Assembly: GCA_024998815.1 (NCBI GenBank)
Contig: JACEUQ010000003.1
Coordinates: 259,900 to 323,899 of the forward strand
DNA length: 64,000 bases
Source of the DNA: Opitutus sp.
GTDB lineage: Bacteria; Verrucomicrobiota; Verrucomicrobiia; Opitutales; Opitutaceae
Direction: 5' to 3'
A program made the translations under genes and the position numbers. Shown here piece by piece: positions 26,901 to 35,338 of this stretch (within the stretch, counting starts at the first letter, position 1; each line of letters begins with the position of its first letter). The notes beneath the pieces were generated by a model that ran no database searches, was not told the DNA's origin, and was given only the letters and a program-made list of their open reading frames with translations.

Positions 26901-28592
26901 GGGCGAATCGAACTCGACGAGACCGGCGGTCTTCGGGAATTCCTCGAACAGGCTCAGGCGGCCACCGAGGTAACCGGTGAGCGACATGACCGTTTTCTCG
27001 CGGATGGAATCGATCGGCGGGTTGGTGACCTGGGCGAACAGCTGCTTGAAATACGAATACAGCAGGCGGGGGCGGCGCGAGAGCACGGCCATCGGCGTGT
27101 CGTCGCCCATCGAGCCGGTCGGCTCGAGGCCTTCGGCGAGCGGGGTGAGGATGAGCTCGATCTCGTCGTGGTCGTAGCCGAAGGCGAGTTGGTCGACGAC
27201 CGAAGCGGGGGCGACGGCGGGCGCGGCGGCAGAGCCGGAGGCGGGCGCAGCCTGATTGTTAACCAGGTGTTCGGCGCACCACTGCTTGAACTTGGGATCC
27301 GTGGTGAAGCGGGCCTTGATCTCCTCGTCGTGGTAAAATTTGTGCTCCACCAGATCGAGGGCGAGCATGCGACCGGGCCCGAGCCGGCCGGCCTCGACTA
27401 CTTTACCCGGAAAGTCATGCACCAGACCGGCTTCGGAGGCCAAGATGAAGTAGCCGTCGTCGAAAATCTTGTAGCGCGCGGGGCGCAGGCCGTTGCGGTC
27501 GAGGGCGGCGCCGATGGTGAGACCGTCGGTGAAAACCACGGCGGCGGGGCCGTCCCACGGCTCCATCATGCCGGCGTGGTAACGGAAAAAGCCGCGCGTC
27601 TCGGCGGAGAACTTTTTATCTTTTTCCCAGGCCGGGGGCATCATCATCATCGCGGCGTGGAGCGGGCTGCGTCCGCCCAAGGTGATGAGCTGAAGGGCGT
27701 TGTCGAAGGAGGCGGAGTCCGACATGGCCGGCTGAACGAGCGGCTTGAGGTCGGCGAAACGGTCGCCCCAGACCCCGTGGGAGACGGAGTTTTCGCGGGC
27801 GCGCATGCGGTTGCGGTTGCCGCGGATGGTGTTGATCTCGCCGTTGTGGGCCATCATCCGGAACGGATGCGCCAAGTGCCAGGTGGGGAACGTGTTGGTC
27901 GAGTAGCGCTGGTGGAAAATCGCGAACGCGGTGGTGAACAGCGGCGACTTCAGGTCCGTGAAGTACTTGCGCAACTGGCTCGGCGTGAGCAGGCCCTTGT
28001 AAATGATGGTGCGCGAGGAGAACGAGCAGACGTAAAAACCCGCGATTTTGGCCTCGGCGACCTGGCGCTCGATGCACTTTTGGGCGAGGAAGAGTTTGCG
28101 CTCAAATTCGTCGTCGGCGAGGTCCTCCTTGCGGGCAACGAGGGCCTGAACGATGAGCGGCTGGGTTTCTATCGCCTTGCGGCCCAAGCAGCTGGAGTCG
28201 GTGGGGACTTCGCGCCAATCGAGCCAGGCCAGGCCCTCGGCCTTGACGGCGGCCTCGACGATTTTTTTGGCGTGGGCCTGGGCGTATTCGTCGCCACGGG
28301 GCAGGAAAATCATGCCCACGCCCAGGTCCTGTTCGCGGAACAGGGACTTTTTGCGCTCGGCCAGGTAGGCCTTAAAGAGTTCCAGCGGCAGCTGGGTGAG
28401 CAAGCCTGCGCCGTCGCCGGTGACCGCATCGGCGTCGATGGCGCCGCGATGGGCGAGGGCCTTGAGGGCGTCGATGGCGCGCTTGAGCACATCGTGGGAG
28501 CGCTCGCCGGTGAGCTTGGCGATACACCCGACGCCGCATGCATCGTGTTCTTGTTCAGCGGAATAAAGCGGTGACGGAAGGATCTTGGCCAT
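23982..28592 (-). CDS. gltB: Glutamate synthase large subunit
   Basis: EHDACGVG N-terminal Cys, HQRYSTNT, HNGEINT, MEPWDGPA, KQIASGRFGV, KMAQGAKPGEGGQLPG, CHLNTCPVG, AGERFAVRNSG. Confidence 0.98.
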   Translation of the reverse strand: MAKILPSPLYSAEQEHDACGVGCIAKLTGERSHDVLKRAIDALKALAHRGAIDADAVTGDGAGLLTQLPLELFKAYLAERKKSLFREQDLGVGMIFLPRGDEYAQAHAKKIVEAAVKAEGLAWLDWREVPTDSSCLGRKAIETQPLIVQALVARKEDLADDEFERKLFLAQKCIERQVAEAKIAGFYVCSFSSRTIIYKGLLTPSQLRKYFTDLKSPLFTTAFAIFHQRYSTNTFPTWHLAHPFRMMAHNGEINTIRGNRNRMRARENSVSHGVWGDRFADLKPLVQPAMSDSASFDNALQLITLGGRSPLHAAMMMMPPAWEKDKKFSAETRGFFRYHAGMMEPWDGPAAVVFTDGLTIGAALDRNGLRPARYKIFDDGYFILASEAGLVHDFPGKVVEAGRLGPGRMLALDLVEHKFYHDEEIKARFTTDPKFKQWCAEHLVNNQAAPASGSAAAPAVAPASVVDQLAFGYDHDEIELILTPLAEGLEPTGSMGDDTPMAVLSRRPRLLYSYFKQLFAQVTNPPIDSIREKTVMSLTGYLGGRLSLFEEFPKTAGLVEFDSPILFDHEVAALFEVSFLKDRVVRLPALFDASQGPDALEAAVKALAAQAEAAVGKAGAKLVIVSDRGANAKLAAIPMLLAVGAVNQQLVRAGLRLQADLMAETGEARDVHQIATLLAFGSNAVNPYLALELVAGLATSGATTKPVTVAQALLNYKTTIDAGLLKIMAKMGISTLLSYRGAQMFEALGVSKKLIEANFTGTASPIGGIGYPEIAIEALRRHSRAYPEASYELGAKSSELPAPSSQPQAPSSELLPLSSAPADLGNEGYYRVNKKGEGEFHGWNPKVVSAMNKFVRAGGSAESYNEWKTQADDHAPVSIKDILKIRFSAATPIALDEVEPIEEIRQRFTTAGMSMGALSPEMHEALAIAMNRIGGKSNSGEGGEDPDRFNVRANGDNANSAIKQIASGRFGVTPAYLSSAKEIEIKMAQGAKPGEGGQLPGAKVTPLIAKLRFSVPGVTLISPPPHHDIYSIEDLAQLIFDIKEVNPRAKVCVKLVSSSGVGTVAAGVAKAYADVILVSGHDGGTGASPLASIKNAGSVWEIGVAEAHQVLMMNGLRGRVTLRTDGGMKTGRDIVIAALLGAEEFNFGTAALIAGGCAMFRVCHLNTCPVGVATQREDLRAKFRGKPENIINFFNAVAEDVRHYLAKLGARNLNEIVGRVDLLEQIDDPANPKSKLVDLSGLLHNPDPSGETDRFHTRQRNERFGGEGSLDEAILQEARDVILGESSRLVARYKVTNVNRDIGTQISGQIAYQHGNEGLPAGTIDLTFTGSAGQSFGAFLVNGLRLTLIGEANDYVGKGINGGEIIVRPKPSETFAWNEQALLGNTCLYGATGGTLFAAGRAGERFAVRNSGATTVVEGVGDHGCEYMTVGTVVILGPTGSNFGAGMSGGLAFIYDPAESLPKNINPAMIGLERLSGAEEIESLKQLVAAHAKATTSPYAQALLADWAATVAKFWKVVPFAPTPDAPKPVLRYPAG
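26137..26227. repeat. Thirteen degenerate heptamers (GAGCTNN/TAGCTCN) inside the gltB CDS
   Basis: Read directly: gagctca gaggtaa gagctca gagctgg gagcttg gggctgg gagctcg gagctgg gagctca gagctct tagctcc tagctca tagctcg. Confidence 0.9.
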
Positions 28593-28871
28593 GGTAAACG
28601 AAGGTGTAGACGGTACGGTTAAAGGACCCAGGTGATGCAGGAAGTGCGCCGCTTATGGTGAATAGTTACAGGCAGAATAAGGTGCGATTCGTTGGGGCGG
28701 CGAAAGGGAGGCGCAAGCGTAATTTCCAGAGCGAATTGGCGGGGTGTAAAAACCCGTAAAAAACCCCGTGTCGGCGGCCCAGGATTGAGCCTGTGCGGCG
28801 CGGTCCGCCGCTAACAAATCCCGGCGAGTTTGTTCCCTTTCCGTTCCCTTTTTTTAGCTCTCCTCTGACAG

Positions 28872-28924
28872 TGGTGCCCGGGACAGGAGTCGAACCTGCA
28901 CATCTTACGATAAAGGCTTCTAAG
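28872..28924 (-). pseudogene. 3' half of tRNA-Leu(UAG), probable att site of an integrated island
   Basis: Minus strand CTTAGAA-GCCTT-long variable arm-GCAGG TTCGACT CCTGT-CCCGGGC-A-CCA; no D-arm or 5' acceptor strand upstream. Confidence 0.85.
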
Positions 28925-28970
28925 GCACTTACGTAAGTTGCTCCCCACTTGATCTCAAATGCACTTACGT

Positions 28971-30434
28971 CAACGGTGTCCAAGTTTTAGATCTATGGGT
29001 TGGCATAGAGCAGTTTAAGTTGCGGCAGCAGATCTGAAATAGGGCAAGAAGAGAACCAATGTGAGCGCAACCAGCGGAGAAGTTTCACACTGCGCTGAAG
29101 CGGTCGCAATACGGTTGTGAGTAAGGAGCAAAGAAGCCGGTCATTTTTTTTGGCGGTCGCGATTTGGTCGTCTAATCGTTTTTGTTGCCGACGGAGGCCC
29201 GCCTCATTTTTGATTTGATAATCTCGTTCTAATTTTTGCTCAAACAGGACCAGTAGGTTATGGGTTAGGCAAAGAAAATGGGCCTGTATTTGCTTGGCGG
29301 TTGAGCTCGACGCCCACGCCTTGGATTCCTCCAGCTTGTTTTTAAATTGATCGAAAACCTTTTCAATCTCCCAGCGTTTTTTATAAAGCCAGGCGAGAAG
29401 CCCTGGCGGTAAGTCAAAAACGCTGGTGATGAACTCATACACCTCACCACTGACTGGATCGCGGTATCGTATTAAGCGCACACGCACCTGATGGGCGGCG
29501 ATGACTATTTCATCCGCTATGACGCCATGATTAATGGGATCAGCACGATCAAACAACTTCGAAGCGAAGGGCTCAAACAGGAGATTTTCTTTGGTGCGTG
29601 AAAGAAAATAGACGCCGGCAGTTTGCTTCCAGTTATGCCAGAGAGGAAAATCAAGGCCTGCGCGATCCCAGATCCAAAGAACTTTCTTGCCGGTCGGCTC
29701 CCCCATACGCAAAGCATTAGAGCCGAGTCGCTTGATCACGCTCATATCGTGTTCTTTTTTGCCCTCAGTGAGTGCAAGATGTTGCATGGCATGAGTTCGA
29801 ATATTAAGGGCATATAAATGTCCTACCGGCCAACGGCGTTCATCAATTTTCTGATCGTGCGAAGCCGCCCCATGCCAATGACCGTCGCCGGCATAGAGGG
29901 CATAATTATCAACGGCAGCGGGCAGTTCGGTAAAGTTTTCGAGCAGGGCGGTGGCCTGCACCGAAACATCCATTAATAAAGCCAACCTGCGTTCGCTTTT
30001 CAGTACTTCAAAGAAGTGCCCCGTAGCGGGACAAGACTCGAACAAGGAACCGACTTGTTGAAGAAAACCGCGACCGCTTCGAGGATCCGATAGAGCTCTG
30101 GTAATACCAAGCCGAAGGAATGCATCGTCAGTCAATTCCGGGCATTGACGCGCGTACCTAGAAGCGGACGCGAGTCCGGTAAGCGGCCCGAAAAATACTT
30201 CGTTTAAAGCGAGGGGATGAAGTGTAGCCATGAGGCCCAAAAAAATTTTTACATGTGCCTCGTAAAGCCTTATATTGAAGTATTTTAAGGCCAATTAACA
30301 CCCGCCGCAACACACGTAATTGGCATGGCTCGACCCCCAGTCCGTGCTGGTTCGCGACGGCCCCAAAGGGGCGCTTCCGAGCGCTGTGTGACGCCCCCCT
30401 GCACAGAAAATACTTCAAAACTTGGACACCGTTG
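28971..30434 (-). mobile_element. IS4-family insertion sequence (1464 bp)
   Basis: 18-bp TIR CAACGGTGTCCAAGTTTT; no target duplication seen. Confidence 0.85.
28993..30231 (-). CDS. IS4 family transposase
   Basis: YAGDGHW, WIWDRAGLDF, LYKKRWEIEKVFDQFK (YREK-like signature). Confidence 0.88.
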   Translation of the reverse strand: MATLHPLALNEVFFGPLTGLASASRYARQCPELTDDAFLRLGITRALSDPRSGRGFLQQVGSLFESCPATGHFFEVLKSERRLALLMDVSVQATALLENFTELPAAVDNYALYAGDGHWHGAASHDQKIDERRWPVGHLYALNIRTHAMQHLALTEGKKEHDMSVIKRLGSNALRMGEPTGKKVLWIWDRAGLDFPLWHNWKQTAGVYFLSRTKENLLFEPFASKLFDRADPINHGVIADEIVIAAHQVRVRLIRYRDPVSGEVYEFITSVFDLPPGLLAWLYKKRWEIEKVFDQFKNKLEESKAWASSSTAKQIQAHFLCLTHNLLVLFEQKLERDYQIKNEAGLRRQQKRLDDQIATAKKNDRLLCSLLTTVLRPLQRSVKLLRWLRSHWFSSCPISDLLPQLKLLYANP

Positions 30435-30702
30435 TAATCTTAACAAAAACCCGCCCTGGACCCGTGAGCAAATCCGCGCCGCACGCACGGCCCCGCTGAT
30501 TCCTCTGCTGGAAAAACGCGGGCTCAAGTTCGTCGAAACCGGCGGCGGCAATTTTTTAGTTACCGCCTACCCCGGACTCATCGCAAAGGAATCGTACTGG
30601 CGCTGGCCCGAACGCAACTTGAGCGGTAACACGATCGACTTTTTTTGCCAAATCCTCGGCCTGTCCTTCCACGACGCCATGACCAAAATCACGGCATCGT
30701 AA
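30435..30702 (+). pseudogene. 5'-truncated ORF resembling primase/CHC2-like passenger domains of large IS21-type elements
   Basis: WTREQIRAARTAPLIPLLEKRG...SGNTIDFFCQILGLSFHDAM; cut by the IS4 end. Confidence 0.5.
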
Positions 30703-31151
30703 AACAGCCGACGAACCAACTCATCCGCCCGCTGCGGTCGTAATTGCGACCGCAGTACGACCAAAATCCTTACGACCGCCTGAGTCGAAAACACCTGTGG
30801 CGGAACAATGGTCACGGTGAAAAACCGCGCTCCCATCTTAAAAAATCCGCCGGAAACAACGCTTACGGCGGCAACCCAGTTCAAAACCCTACAACCGCTC
30901 GGGTCGGAATGCTTACGACGAAAAATCGGCTGTATCGAAATCCACGCTCTCATCGTATGCCGATAAATCCCCTTGAGCCTGTTTCGCTCAAATTTGTCGT
31001 AACGCTACGACCGGTGCGGGGCAATTTGGCTACAAAACACGACCGCAGTCTGTGAGCGGCGGCGCGAACACCGTCTATTTCTGGCGGTTACAAAATCACC
31101 TGTCGTAAAAGCCGATGACCGGCCCCGCCAGGGGCCGATCATCAGGCCCGG

Positions 31152-31919
31152 TCAGCTTGCAGGTTCGTCGGCCAGGCGGTCTTTCATGCGGTAGGATTTG
31201 CCCTCGATGACGACGGTCTGGGCCCGGTGCAGTAGGCGGTCCAGGATCGCCGCGGTGATGCCAGCGTCGTTGTTAAAGATCCCTGCCCAGTGTTTGTAGG
31301 CCTTGTTGGTGGTGACGATCAGCGAGCCGCGTTCGTAGCGTTGGCTGACGATCTGGAAGAGCAGGTCGGCCCCCGACTTGTCGAGCGGCAGGTAGCCGAC
31401 CTCATCGAGCACGAGCACCGCAGGGGTCATGTAACGCTTCAACTCGGCTTGCAACCGGTGCAGGGACTGGGCGGTGACCAGGGCGTTGATCGCGTCCACC
31501 GCCGTCGTAAACAGCACCGTGTAGCCCGCCTGGCACGCCGCGTAGCCCAACGCGCTCGCGAGATGTGTCTTCCCAAGCCCCACACCACCGCAAAACACCG
31601 CGTTGGTGCGCTCCTTGACAAAGCCCAGTTCGAAGAGGTGCCGCACCTGCGCTTCGTTCAACTCCTTGGGCCAGTCCCACTGGAACTGGTCGACGGTTTT
31701 CTTGACCGGGAAGCGCGCTGCCTGGATGCGCCGCTCCAGCGCCCGGATCTGGCGGTCCTGGGTCTCGGCCTGCACCAGTCGGCGTAAAAATTCGGCGTGC
31801 GAACAGCGCGCCTTGGCCGCCTCGGCCGTGAGTTCGCCGTGGTGGCGCAGCAGGTAACCGAGTTTCAGGTACTTGAGTTGATCTTTTAATAAATCGGTTT
31901 TTTCGGGTTCTGTTTTCAT
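31152..31919 (-). CDS. istB: IS21 helper ATPase IstB
   Basis: GGVGLGKTHLA (Walker A), LVLDEVGYLP, SLIVTTN, AILDRLLH, GKSYR. Confidence 0.95.
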   Translation of the reverse strand: MKTEPEKTDLLKDQLKYLKLGYLLRHHGELTAEAAKARCSHAEFLRRLVQAETQDRQIRALERRIQAARFPVKKTVDQFQWDWPKELNEAQVRHLFELGFVKERTNAVFCGGVGLGKTHLASALGYAACQAGYTVLFTTAVDAINALVTAQSLHRLQAELKRYMTPAVLVLDEVGYLPLDKSGADLLFQIVSQRYERGSLIVTTNKAYKHWAGIFNNDAGITAAILDRLLHRAQTVVIEGKSYRMKDRLADEPAS

Positions 31920-33382
31920 TGGGTATAGGGGCTTAAATCCGGGGGACGCAGTTCGAGTTCCAGTGCGGCCAACGCGTCGGCGCGGGTGAGGTGGATCGGC
32001 CCGGCTTGCGGCAAGGCCCGCGCGCGTTGTTCGAGCAAGTTGAGGATGTAATCGCTGGAGTAGGCGCCGAGTTCATGGGCGCTTTCGATCGCCCGGCCGA
32101 CTGCCTCCGTTCCATACAGGGCCACCAAACCCACGATAGTCGCCAGGTGGTGTCCCGCGTTGAGCCGGCGCTCCTCCAGCCCCCGTTGGTAGGCGGGTGC
32201 CGCCGGGCTCAGTTCCAAAAACCGTAGCCGCAGGCGCTGCCGCGCCCCCTGCCGTTTGCGCTCCTCGAGTTCGCGCACATGCTCGGGGTTTTCCACATCG
32301 GCGCGGCGGGCAAAACTGCGGGCATGCTCGGCCACCAGGGTGCGGTCCGCATAAAACCTCACCTGCGCCCCCTCGATCTGCGCGGTGAGTAGCGCCCCGG
32401 CAAACTTCGTGGGCACCGAGTAGCGGTTCGTTTCGATACTCACCCGGCACCGCCGCGACGCCCGCACGCTTAAGGTGCGCACCGCCGGACTGGCCACCGG
32501 GTTAAGCGGCAGGAGCGCAGCGCGCTCCTCGGGCAGCCGGTCCACCGGCCGGCCCTGGGTTTCAGCGTGAACGCGCACGTTGGCCACCGTTTCCAGCCAC
32601 AAGCTGGCGGCCGGCCCCAGCTCGGTAAACCCGTTCATCTGCCGCCCGCCAAGGAAGCTTTTTTTCACGTAACCCACCGCGTTTTCCACCATGCCCTTGG
32701 ACTGCGGATGCCCCGGCCCGCACGCTTTTATCGTAAACCCGTAGTGCCGGGCAAAGTCCAGGTACTGGGCGTTGTACACCGGGTCGGTCCCGGGCACATG
32801 CGAGAGGACGGCCGTCTTGCAGTTGTCCACCATCACCTCGCGCGGCACCCCGCCGAGTTTTTCAAAGGCGCGCCGGTGACAGCCCAGCCACCACTCCTGG
32901 CCCTGCCCGAGGGTAAATTCCACATGCAGGAACCGGCTGTACCCCAAAACCATGACGAAAAAACTTAAAGCCCGCCGGGTGCCGTCCACCTCCACCGCGC
33001 CAAAACTGCCCCAGTCCACCTGCGCGGTCTGGCCGGGGGCAAACTTGAGGGTAAGAAACGCCTCCAGGTTCCTCGGCCGCACCCGCCGCACGTAGTCTTT
33101 CAAAATTGAATACCCGCCCGTGTACCCCCGCTCGCGCACCTTTTGCCAGAGCTGCATGGCGGTGAACGGATGGGCCTCCAGCCACCGCGCGATCGCCGGC
33201 TTGTGCACGTCGAGCTTGCTTGGCCTAGGCACCTGCGCGGCCTGGCTGCGCACGTACTTTTCCTGCGCCTGCCAGCGCCTCACCGTCTGCACGTGCAACT
33301 GGAGCGAGCGGGCGATTTGCGGCGCACTGTGACCGGCCGCCTCCGCCTGTTTTATCCGGCAATACAGTTCGTAATCGATCAC
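31916..33382 (-). CDS. istA: IS21 transposase IstA (own GTG start with GGAGGT RBS; also in frame with the upstream ORF)
   Basis: GQTAQVDWG, VMVDNCKTAV, PQSKGMVENAVGYVK, NRYSVP. Confidence 0.93.
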   Translation of the reverse strand: MIDYELYCRIKQAEAAGHSAPQIARSLQLHVQTVRRWQAQEKYVRSQAAQVPRPSKLDVHKPAIARWLEAHPFTAMQLWQKVRERGYTGGYSILKDYVRRVRPRNLEAFLTLKFAPGQTAQVDWGSFGAVEVDGTRRALSFFVMVLGYSRFLHVEFTLGQGQEWWLGCHRRAFEKLGGVPREVMVDNCKTAVLSHVPGTDPVYNAQYLDFARHYGFTIKACGPGHPQSKGMVENAVGYVKKSFLGGRQMNGFTELGPAASLWLETVANVRVHAETQGRPVDRLPEERAALLPLNPVASPAVRTLSVRASRRCRVSIETNRYSVPTKFAGALLTAQIEGAQVRFYADRTLVAEHARSFARRADVENPEHVRELEERKRQGARQRLRLRFLELSPAAPAYQRGLEERRLNAGHHLATIVGLVALYGTEAVGRAIESAHELGAYSSDYILNLLEQRARALPQAGPIHLTRADALAALELELRPPDLSPYTQ

Positions 33383-33739
33383 GCGCCCACCTCCCGGCTC
33401 GGCGGCGGCGTTGCCGCCAGCGTGTGCGATTGGCCTGCCCCGGTCCAAGGAGAGCACCTGGTAAAGTGGCGCGGCGTAGGCGATCACCCCGGCCTCGATT
33501 AACTGCCGGCGCGCCTCGACCAGGCCGTCCTCGCTGAGCGTGAGCAGCCGGGCCAGGGTGCGCGTGGCGTAGTAACTCAGCCCGTCGGCGTCGCCCACGG
33601 TGACCAGGACCAGATAGAGGCCCCAGGCGGGGGCACTGGCCCGCCCCAGGTAATTGCCCCGCACCAGCCGGTGGTCCAGCCAGCTAAACTGGGCCGGCGT
33701 GCGCCGGAGTTGTTCGCGATCGATCGGTTGTTTTTGCAT
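33383..33739 (-). CDS. Putative winged-helix DNA-binding accessory ORF, read through in frame into istA
   Basis: FSWLDHRLVR...LYLVLVTVGDADGLSYY...LVEARRQLIEAGVIAYAAPLYQVLSLD. Confidence 0.6.
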
Positions 33740-34241
33740 AATCGGGCGGCTGGACGTCGATGCCCAGGATCACCCGCCCCCGGGATTGCAGGTGTCGCAG
33801 CATGGGTTCGAGGTCCTCTTGTAACGTCACTCCGGCGAACTGCGCGATAAGCCCCACGAGCACAGGGTTTTGCGACTCCCATCTGTCTTGTAACGGCACG
33901 CAGGGATTCGGTAACGCCACCTCGGCGACCGGCTCGGCTTTAGGCTGGTGCACAACGGATTGCGTAGTTGGGATGTCTTGTAACGCCACCCGCCGTCGCG
34001 GCCCCCTCCGCCTTGAGTACCCCGGATTGGCCTTCCGCCACTCCTGCACCCGTTGGACATTTTCTGGGCCTTTCCAGTGGTCGAGGTTCTCCGGCTTCGC
34101 CAACCATTTGGCCTGACTGGCCGCCCGGCTCGCCCGTCGGCATCCCGGCTTCCCGCAGTAGCGCTGACGCTCGCGGTTATGCGCGTCGGGCAGAAAGAAA
34201 TCGACACAGTGCAAACACTTGCGTGAACCGGTTGGATGCAT
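33684..34241 (-). CDS. IS21-associated hypothetical protein with a Cys4 zinc-finger-like motif
   Basis: KCLHC...QRYCGKPGC; first ORF inside the IS21 left end. Confidence 0.65.
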   Translation of the reverse strand: MHPTGSRKCLHCVDFFLPDAHNRERQRYCGKPGCRRASRAASQAKWLAKPENLDHWKGPENVQRVQEWRKANPGYSRRRGPRRRVALQDIPTTQSVVHQPKAEPVAEVALPNPCVPLQDRWESQNPVLVGLIAQFAGVTLQEDLEPMLRHLQSRGRVILGIDVQPPDYAKTTDRSRTTPAHAGPV

Positions 34242-34642
34242 CGCTGTGCATCCGCCAAGCGTCCCGCCGGTTCAATCTCCACCCATTCGCACCCCTCATA
34301 TCCCCAGCCGGACAGGGAAGAAAACCCACCCACGGAAGAAGAGTATTACTCTTTTTAAGGGGAAGAAGATCCACCGAAGAAGAAGTGCATTCCTAACCGC
34401 CAGAAATAGACGCTTTCCCGCTCGCCGCTCACACGCAGTCCGGCAAAACTTGAAAAAACCCTACGCGGCCAATTTGGCAGTTTTTACGATCAGAAAAAAA
34501 TCGGTAACACCAAATCGGTCGTAATGCTACGACCGGTGCGCGGCAATTTGGCTACAAAACACGACCGCAGTCCGGCAAAACTTGAAAAAACCCTACGCGG
34601 CCAATTTGGCAGTTTTTACGATCAGAAAAAAATCGGTAACAC

Positions 34643-34954
34643 TTACTTCGGCAAATTTGATCTGGGCACCCGTGCCCAGCCCCACCGCAGTGCCGTCCCG
34701 GCCTCTACGATCGTACACCCACGAGGCGAATGTATGATAGTTGATTGCCTCTCGCCGGGCAAACTCCGCCTGCGTCAGTCCGCTTTGTTCATAGGCAGCG
34801 AGCAACTCCTCGCGCCTCGCTTTCGGCGTAATCCGCCTCCCAGTTGTGTCCCGCTTGGTTTCGTCCGCCACCAAATCCGCTGTGATCATTTTCATCCAGC
34901 CACTTTACCCCACCATGCCTTCCAGCGGTAGTGGGTCTCCGGCCAGACGCTTAC
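34643..34954 (-). mobile_element. Truncated IS66-family element (left end plus partial tnpA/orfA)
   Basis: GTAAGCGTC terminus at 34954; ORF RREELLAAYEQSGLTQAEFARREAINYHTFASW. Confidence 0.75.
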
Positions 34955-35246
34955 GCTTGATTCATCGAGCCCCACACTCAAACCACGTGAAACCATAATA
35001 TTAAAGCCGTTTTACTACCGTTTTTGCGAACGTATCCCCGTTCGCACTAGTCGGGTTTGTGAAAATCAAAGCGTGGCAATGAATTTAGGACCTCCCTTTA
35101 AGGCCCAGCGCACGAGGCATTGGAAGTGCCTTTGCACCGGGAATTTGGCGTTTCAGAGCTATCATCTCTTTGAGCAGGGTCGCCTCATCCACTTCCGAAA
35201 GGGGTGTTCGATGAGGCAGACGCCGAAAGCGTTCTCTTCATGTAAC

Positions 35247-35311
35247 TAGAGCCTGTCCCGTGCTTATAAGTAATTGTAAATAAATTACTTATAAGCACGG
35301 AACAGGCTCTA
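35247..35311. repeat. 65-bp near-perfect hairpin with IS-like termini
   Basis: 29-bp arms TAGAGCCTGTCCCGTGCTTATAAGTAATT, 1 mismatch, 7-nt spacer. Confidence 0.9.
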
Positions 35312-35338
35312 ACTAAGTGCCATTCGGGTCAGGCATGA

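Larger units (their letters stand above)
31051..34433 (-). mobile_element. IS21-family element (3383 bp) with two accessory ORFs
   Basis: TGT...ACA ends; 40-bp imperfect TIR TGTGAGCGGCG...CGTCTATTTCTGGCGGTTA; 7-bp TSD CGCAGTC. Confidence 0.93.
30997..34642. repeat. Two tandem units of about 132 bp; the first is split by the IS21 insertion
   Basis: 30997-31050 plus 34441-34510 matches 34518-34642; 77-bp exact repeat at 34434-34510 and 34566-34642. Confidence 0.85.

Noticed and set aside
9189-28574. Long antisense ORFs (e.g. 9189-10787, 23685-26150, 26808-28574; also 61757-62848)
   Set aside because: They are shadow frames opposite well-supported genes, expected at high GC, with no motifs.
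28700-28735. Sigma-54 promoter upstream of gltB (TGG...TTGC on the minus strand)
   Set aside because: The spacing is one base too long and the -24 box lacks CAC.
28872-28960. Functional tRNA-Leu gene
   Set aside because: No 5' acceptor strand or D-arm, and the 5' side of the anticodon stem is mismatched; only the 3' half is present.
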